From contig CAYFOA010000005.1 in NCBI GenBank assembly GCA_964344575.1, positions 15,105 through 79,104 of the forward strand: 64,000 bases of DNA, written 5' to 3'. Of the stretch, positions 63,963 through 64,000 are shown piece after piece; the stretch's first letter is position 1; each line of letters starts with the position of its first letter. The notes beneath the pieces are model-generated. The model did no database searches, was not told the DNA's origin, and saw only the letters and a program-made list of their open reading frames with translations. The stretch comes from an uncultured Rickettsiales bacterium (GTDB taxonomy: Bacteria; Myxococcota_A; UBA796; UBA9615). A program made the translations under genes and the position numbers.

Positions 63963-64000
63963 CGTGGAGCCTCCGCGGGTCGTGAACAGCGTGTGCTCCT

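Noticed and set aside
1-64000. CRISPR arrays, rRNA/tRNA genes, insertion sequences and integrases
   Set aside because: There are no spaced short direct repeats, no conserved rRNA or tRNA structures and no transposase or integrase-like ORFs in any frame. The only repeats are coding tandem repeats and the CPBP 3'-end duplicate.

Overview
This is a 64 kb, roughly 72% GC bacterial chromosomal window. Several traits point to Myxococcota, although I could not run any searches: MYXO-CTERM-like sorting tails, many FG-GAP/ASPIC lipoproteins, MopE-like Cys-Asp repeats, a Ser/Thr kinase fused to an FGE-sulfatase domain, and an FHA-GGDEF protein. I found no rRNA, tRNA, CRISPR arrays or transposases. Many long Arg/Pro/Gly-rich ORFs in the six-frame track look like shadow frames of the high-GC sequence, and I rejected them. 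Start codons were re-derived by hand, often from 4-nt GTGA/ATGA overlaps, and are uncertain by about one to two codons.

Gene content, in order:
- Positions 1-17,556: a truncated radical SAM gene on the minus strand, divergent from a co-directional array of about 17 kb. The array encodes a CPBP/CAAX intramembrane protease, a ferric-reductase-like heme membrane protein, a membrane-anchored beta-propeller protein, a polytopic membrane protein, a 1508-aa internally duplicated YfhO-like protein, a membrane-anchored multiheme cytochrome c, two ASPIC/UnbV-FG-GAP lipoproteins and a zinc-metalloprotease lipoprotein.
- An acyl-CoA synthetase and a LivFGMH-K type ABC transporter.
- A minus-strand HAD / membrane / fibrinogen-related-domain lipoprotein / FG-GAP operon, divergent from a TetR gene with a palindromic operator and an OMF-MFP-RND efflux operon.
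- A Yip1 / DUF2752 / Yip1 / GT2 operon.
- A lipoprotein / pseudokinase-FGE / SDR / PHP-hydrolase lipoprotein operon.
- Two FG-GAP proteins with poly-Asp tracts and MYXO-CTERM tails whose N-termini are in a different frame from the gene body.
- An AAA ATPase with TCGACA palindromes in its promoter.
- A lower-GC B12-binding radical SAM plus methyltransferase pair behind a giant MopE-repeat lipoprotein.
- A lower-GC Lys-rich secreted protein.
- The yebC-ruvC-ruvA-(lipoprotein)-ruvB cluster.
- A PilZ / zinc-ribbon / FHA-GGDEF c-di-GMP module.

The most unusual points are the 17 kb envelope operon and the 27-bp exact copy of the CPBP gene's 3' end found 15 kb downstream.
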